Below are positions 16,958-20,000 of a DNA stretch of 20,000 bases, in pieces. The notes under the pieces were generated by a model, which did no database searches, had not been told where the DNA came from, and saw only the letters and a program-made list of their open reading frames with translations. The stretch is taken from the sequence record SRR22947725_2292; one strand, 5' to 3'. Each line of letters begins with the position of its first letter. Position 1 is the stretch's first letter. Position numbers and translations under genes: made by a program.

Positions 16958-18346
16958 GTGTCCGAAGAAAATACAGATTTAAGAAATATCCAGGACGCAC
17001 TGGAGTCCAAAGATACCGACAAGCTTAAGAGCATTATCTCTGGCCTCAAAGCCGCCGATATTGCTGACCTTGTTGACCACCTCGACAGTCCAAAATTTAA
17101 ACTTCAAGTTATCGATACACTCGATGAAGATATCTGCTCTGAAGTCCTTCTCTTGGTCGACCGTGAAACTGAAGAAAGCCTAGTCAAGTCCATACCAAAT
17201 GAAAAACTAGCAGACCTTGTTGAAGAAATGGCTCCCGACGATGCGGCAGACTTTCTTAGTGAAATTGACGATAAAGGTAAATTTCAAAGTTTACTTAAAA
17301 TAATCAATGATGACGAACGTAAAGAAATACTTAACCTTCTAAGCTTCAACGAAGAGTCCGCCGGTGGTATCATGACCTCCGAATTTCTTCCCTTCCCAAG
17401 CTCGATGCGAGTCGAAACTGTTCTAAAAATGATTCGCGCCGTTGAAGACTTAAAAGACCCGATAATGTACGTATATGTCGTTGAGCCCGTCACCAAGAAA
17501 TTCCTCGGTTCCGTCAGCTTAGTCGATCTTATCAAAGCCGACTCTCAAACCCAATTAGTTGACCTTATTGAAAAAGATTACGTTTGGACAACAGTTGATG
17601 CCGATCAGGAAGATATCGCTAAAGATTTCCGCCGCTACAATCTATGGGTTATGCCGGTTCTCGATGACCAACACCGTCTTGTAGGGCGTATTACTGCAGA
17701 TGACATTCTTGACGTTTCAATCGATGAAGCCGACGAAGATATCGCTCAAATGGCTGGTACCCCCGACCTTCTTGATGAAAATGTATCTCCTCTAAATATC
17801 ATGAAACTTCGGTTACCATGGCTCATGATCACCCTCGCTCTAGCCTTGGTTAACAGTATCGTCATTGAAAACATGCTTGAAAAGGCAGGGAATATCGTCG
17901 CCTTGGCTGTTTTCCTTCCCGTAATCATGGCCATGGGTGGCAACACTGGCATGCAGTCTGCCACAATTATTATCCGTGAAATGGCTATGGAGAAAATTCT
18001 CCCTGGAGACCTTAAGGCCATTGCCAAAAGAGAAAGTTTTGTCGGCTTAAGTATGGGCCTCATATGCGGCATAAGCGGGAGCTTAATCGCATATACTTAT
18101 ATGTCTCTAAATAACGTTGAAACTGCCGCTCTCAGTAAAGCCGATATCTCAATAATTGTCTTTTTTGCTATAGCCAACACCATGACATTCTCATCATTTT
18201 TTGGCACTGCTATTCCGCAAGCCCTCAAGTTGGTCAATATCGACCCGGCCGTTGCTGCAGGACCATTCGTCACCACACTCAATGACATCATATCCTCAGT
18301 GATCTACTTCTTGACAACCTATGCCTTAATGTACTGGGCTTTTTAA
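16958..18346 (+). CDS. mgtE: Magnesium transporter MgtE
   Basis: MgtE N-domain (ADIADL, EMAPDDAADFL), ESAGGIMT + CBS pair, RLPWL, MGGNTGMQS, DPAVAAGPFVTTLNDI. Likely start GTG16958 with RBS GAGGTGG at 16945-16951, rather than 16916. Confidence 0.95.
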   Translation: MSEENTDLRNIQDALESKDTDKLKSIISGLKAADIADLVDHLDSPKFKLQVIDTLDEDICSEVLLLVDRETEESLVKSIPNEKLADLVEEMAPDDAADFLSEIDDKGKFQSLLKIINDDERKEILNLLSFNEESAGGIMTSEFLPFPSSMRVETVLKMIRAVEDLKDPIMYVYVVEPVTKKFLGSVSLVDLIKADSQTQLVDLIEKDYVWTTVDADQEDIAKDFRRYNLWVMPVLDDQHRLVGRITADDILDVSIDEADEDIAQMAGTPDLLDENVSPLNIMKLRLPWLMITLALALVNSIVIENMLEKAGNIVALAVFLPVIMAMGGNTGMQSATIIIREMAMEKILPGDLKAIAKRESFVGLSMGLICGISGSLIAYTYMSLNNVETAALSKADISIIVFFAIANTMTFSSFFGTAIPQALKLVNIDPAVAAGPFVTTLNDIISSVIYFLTTYALMYWAF

Positions 18347-19947
18347 TGTATTTCGAAAACGAACTCAATAAGAGCTGGAAATGGATTTTAGGAATGGTTA
18401 GCGCTATGCTTCTTCTTCCCCAATTGGCTATGAAAGAATTAACGAGCTCTGAAGCTGAGTTCGGGCTTATGTCACGGCATGCATTTGACACTGGTAATAT
18501 TTTTTCGACAATCGCTCAAGGGCAATTAATTGAAGCTGGCCATCTCTTCCCTTGGCTGATCAATTTCTTTGGCTTATTCGGTGTAAATGAATTTACTATC
18601 CGTCTACCATCTATTCTTGGACTAGCTATAATGATCTTCACTGCTGCCTTCGTTACTTATCAGTACGGAAGCCGCCAATCTGCCATTGTTGCAGGAACTT
18701 GCATGCTTAGTACTGTTGCGGCGGTTAAAATGGGAACACGTGGGGAAGAAAACCTTTTAGCCTCAGCTTTCATTAGTCTTGCTTGGATGGTTTGGTTTCA
18801 TTATAGCCGCAGTCAAAAACAATGGTTCAAAGCTTGGTTTTTCAGCTTATGCTTAACATCTCTAGCCGCTTATTGCAGTGGTTATTTTAGTTTTCTCATC
18901 TTTTATCTACCGCTCTTTTTCCTTCGTAGGCCAACGGATATACGAAAAAGAGTCTTTCACCTACCCCATTTCAAAGCACTAGGCGTCATTATAATTTTGC
19001 ACTTTATCATCTACTCATTAGCTGTTAATATTACCGCAAATCATGACCAAACCGTAAACCTAGGCCTCAATATGAGTATCCAAGACTATGAATCTGAAAA
19101 TTTTATTAATTTCCCTTTTAACGCCCTTTACTTACTACTTCCATGGACTTTTTTCAGCTGGCCTGCTTTTTGCTCTGCTTTCGAAGCCATGGAAAAAGAT
19201 CATATACTCTTTCACTTTCTCAGAACAATATCAGTCAGTCTTTTTGTCGTTTGCTGGCTACTACCCGGCAGTTCGCCTCTCGCACTTCTACCAGTCCTCG
19301 TTCCCATTGCTATTATGACTGGCCTTCATTATCAAATTCTCGTTAGACGTCACCACATTCCCATACGAAAGCTCATTCGCTTTACACTAGGTTTAATTTT
19401 ACTCGTTAATATTGGTTGGCTAATCTTCTTCGCCCTAACTCTCAATGGCATGACAGATATCCATATATCAACTCAGTGGGTTTATATAAATTCAGGCATC
19501 GCTATACTGGCCATTCTCTTAGCTGTTTTTATGCTACTTAAAGGTAAAGAGTACCCCGTTTGGCTAAAAATAATCTGTATGGTCGTGCTAGGCCACTGGT
19601 CCATCATTACTTTTAATAGCCTTCCTTTCAGCGGCACAATTTCCGCAAAATTAATTGGCCAGAAACTGGTTCATAACATTCCTGTAAATAGCCTTGTCTA
19701 TAACATGACCGGTGAACACAATTCAAGGATCATGTTTTATAGCAACAGAAATATTTCTTTTGTCACCGAGGAACTTTCCTCAGACAAAGAAGCTTTACCT
19801 CGTGAAGTCTACGTCATTGGCTATGTAACTCCCCCTGTTTCACTCACTGTCAACCCTGCTCATTACAAATGGCAACCTACCTCTCAGCCTATTTCGGGAG
19901 AAAACAAGACCTTCCAAGCTTGGAAAGGCACTTATAAAAGCCCATAA
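18346..19947 (+). CDS. ArnT/PMT-2-like GT-C family membrane glycosyltransferase (divergent)
   Basis: Polytopic membrane protein with LFGVNEFTIRLPS, LLPWT and a C-terminal periplasmic tail, typical of the ArnT family; TAATG overlap with mgtE. Confidence 0.75.
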   Translation: MYFENELNKSWKWILGMVSAMLLLPQLAMKELTSSEAEFGLMSRHAFDTGNIFSTIAQGQLIEAGHLFPWLINFFGLFGVNEFTIRLPSILGLAIMIFTAAFVTYQYGSRQSAIVAGTCMLSTVAAVKMGTRGEENLLASAFISLAWMVWFHYSRSQKQWFKAWFFSLCLTSLAAYCSGYFSFLIFYLPLFFLRRPTDIRKRVFHLPHFKALGVIIILHFIIYSLAVNITANHDQTVNLGLNMSIQDYESENFINFPFNALYLLLPWTFFSWPAFCSAFEAMEKDHILFHFLRTISVSLFVVCWLLPGSSPLALLPVLVPIAIMTGLHYQILVRRHHIPIRKLIRFTLGLILLVNIGWLIFFALTLNGMTDIHISTQWVYINSGIAILAILLAVFMLLKGKEYPVWLKIICMVVLGHWSIITFNSLPFSGTISAKLIGQKLVHNIPVNSLVYNMTGEHNSRIMFYSNRNISFVTEELSSDKEALPREVYVIGYVTPPVSLTVNPAHYKWQPTSQPISGENKTFQAWKGTYKSP

Positions 19948-20000
19948 TCTTTTAAGTATTAATCTGATTTGAGTAACCGTAAATTCTAGACCATTCCAAG

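Noticed and set aside
210-19346. Short antisense or out-of-frame ORFs in the track (e.g. 210-404, 717-938, 4133-4318, 13306-13626, 17284-17535, 17746-18072)
   Set aside because: Shadow ORFs overlapping well-supported genes, with no motifs or RBS.
1-20000. CRISPR arrays, tRNA/rRNA genes, IS elements or integrases
   Set aside because: No spaced direct repeats, RNA gene signatures or transposase/integrase ORFs seen; intergenic gaps are short.

Overview
AT-rich bacterial chromosomal window. Gene content (FecR-PA14-LamG anti-sigma with ECF sigma; DmsB-DmsC fusion next to a nitrate reductase) suggests a PVC-superphylum organism, possibly Lentisphaerae, but this is inference only. Left to right: 5'-truncated sigma54 enhancer-binding protein; bidirectional terminator; a minus-strand two-gene operon encoding a fused 4x[4Fe-4S]/DmsC-type membrane anchor and a NasA-type nitrate reductase, neither with a Tat signal; a membrane-anchored helical-repeat protein; ECF sigma/anti-sigma pair; TraT-like lipoprotein; ppnP; a decayed zf-TFIIB pseudogene; a chemosensory operon cheA(hybrid)-cheW-STAS-cheB with no MCP, CheR or CheY, preceded by a near-consensus sigma54 -24/-12 promoter; a divergent sirtuin (on the + strand, mislabelled '-' in the ORF track); a degenerate REC-Hpt protein; and translationally coupled mgtE plus an ArnT-like glycosyltransferase. 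No rRNA, tRNA, CRISPR or mobile element was seen. Best candidates for undescribed systems: (1) a cytoplasm-facing, quinol-fed nitrate reductase with an apparently inverted DmsC anchor; (2) a sigma54-driven, receptor-less chemosensory module with STAS, Hpt and sirtuin partners.
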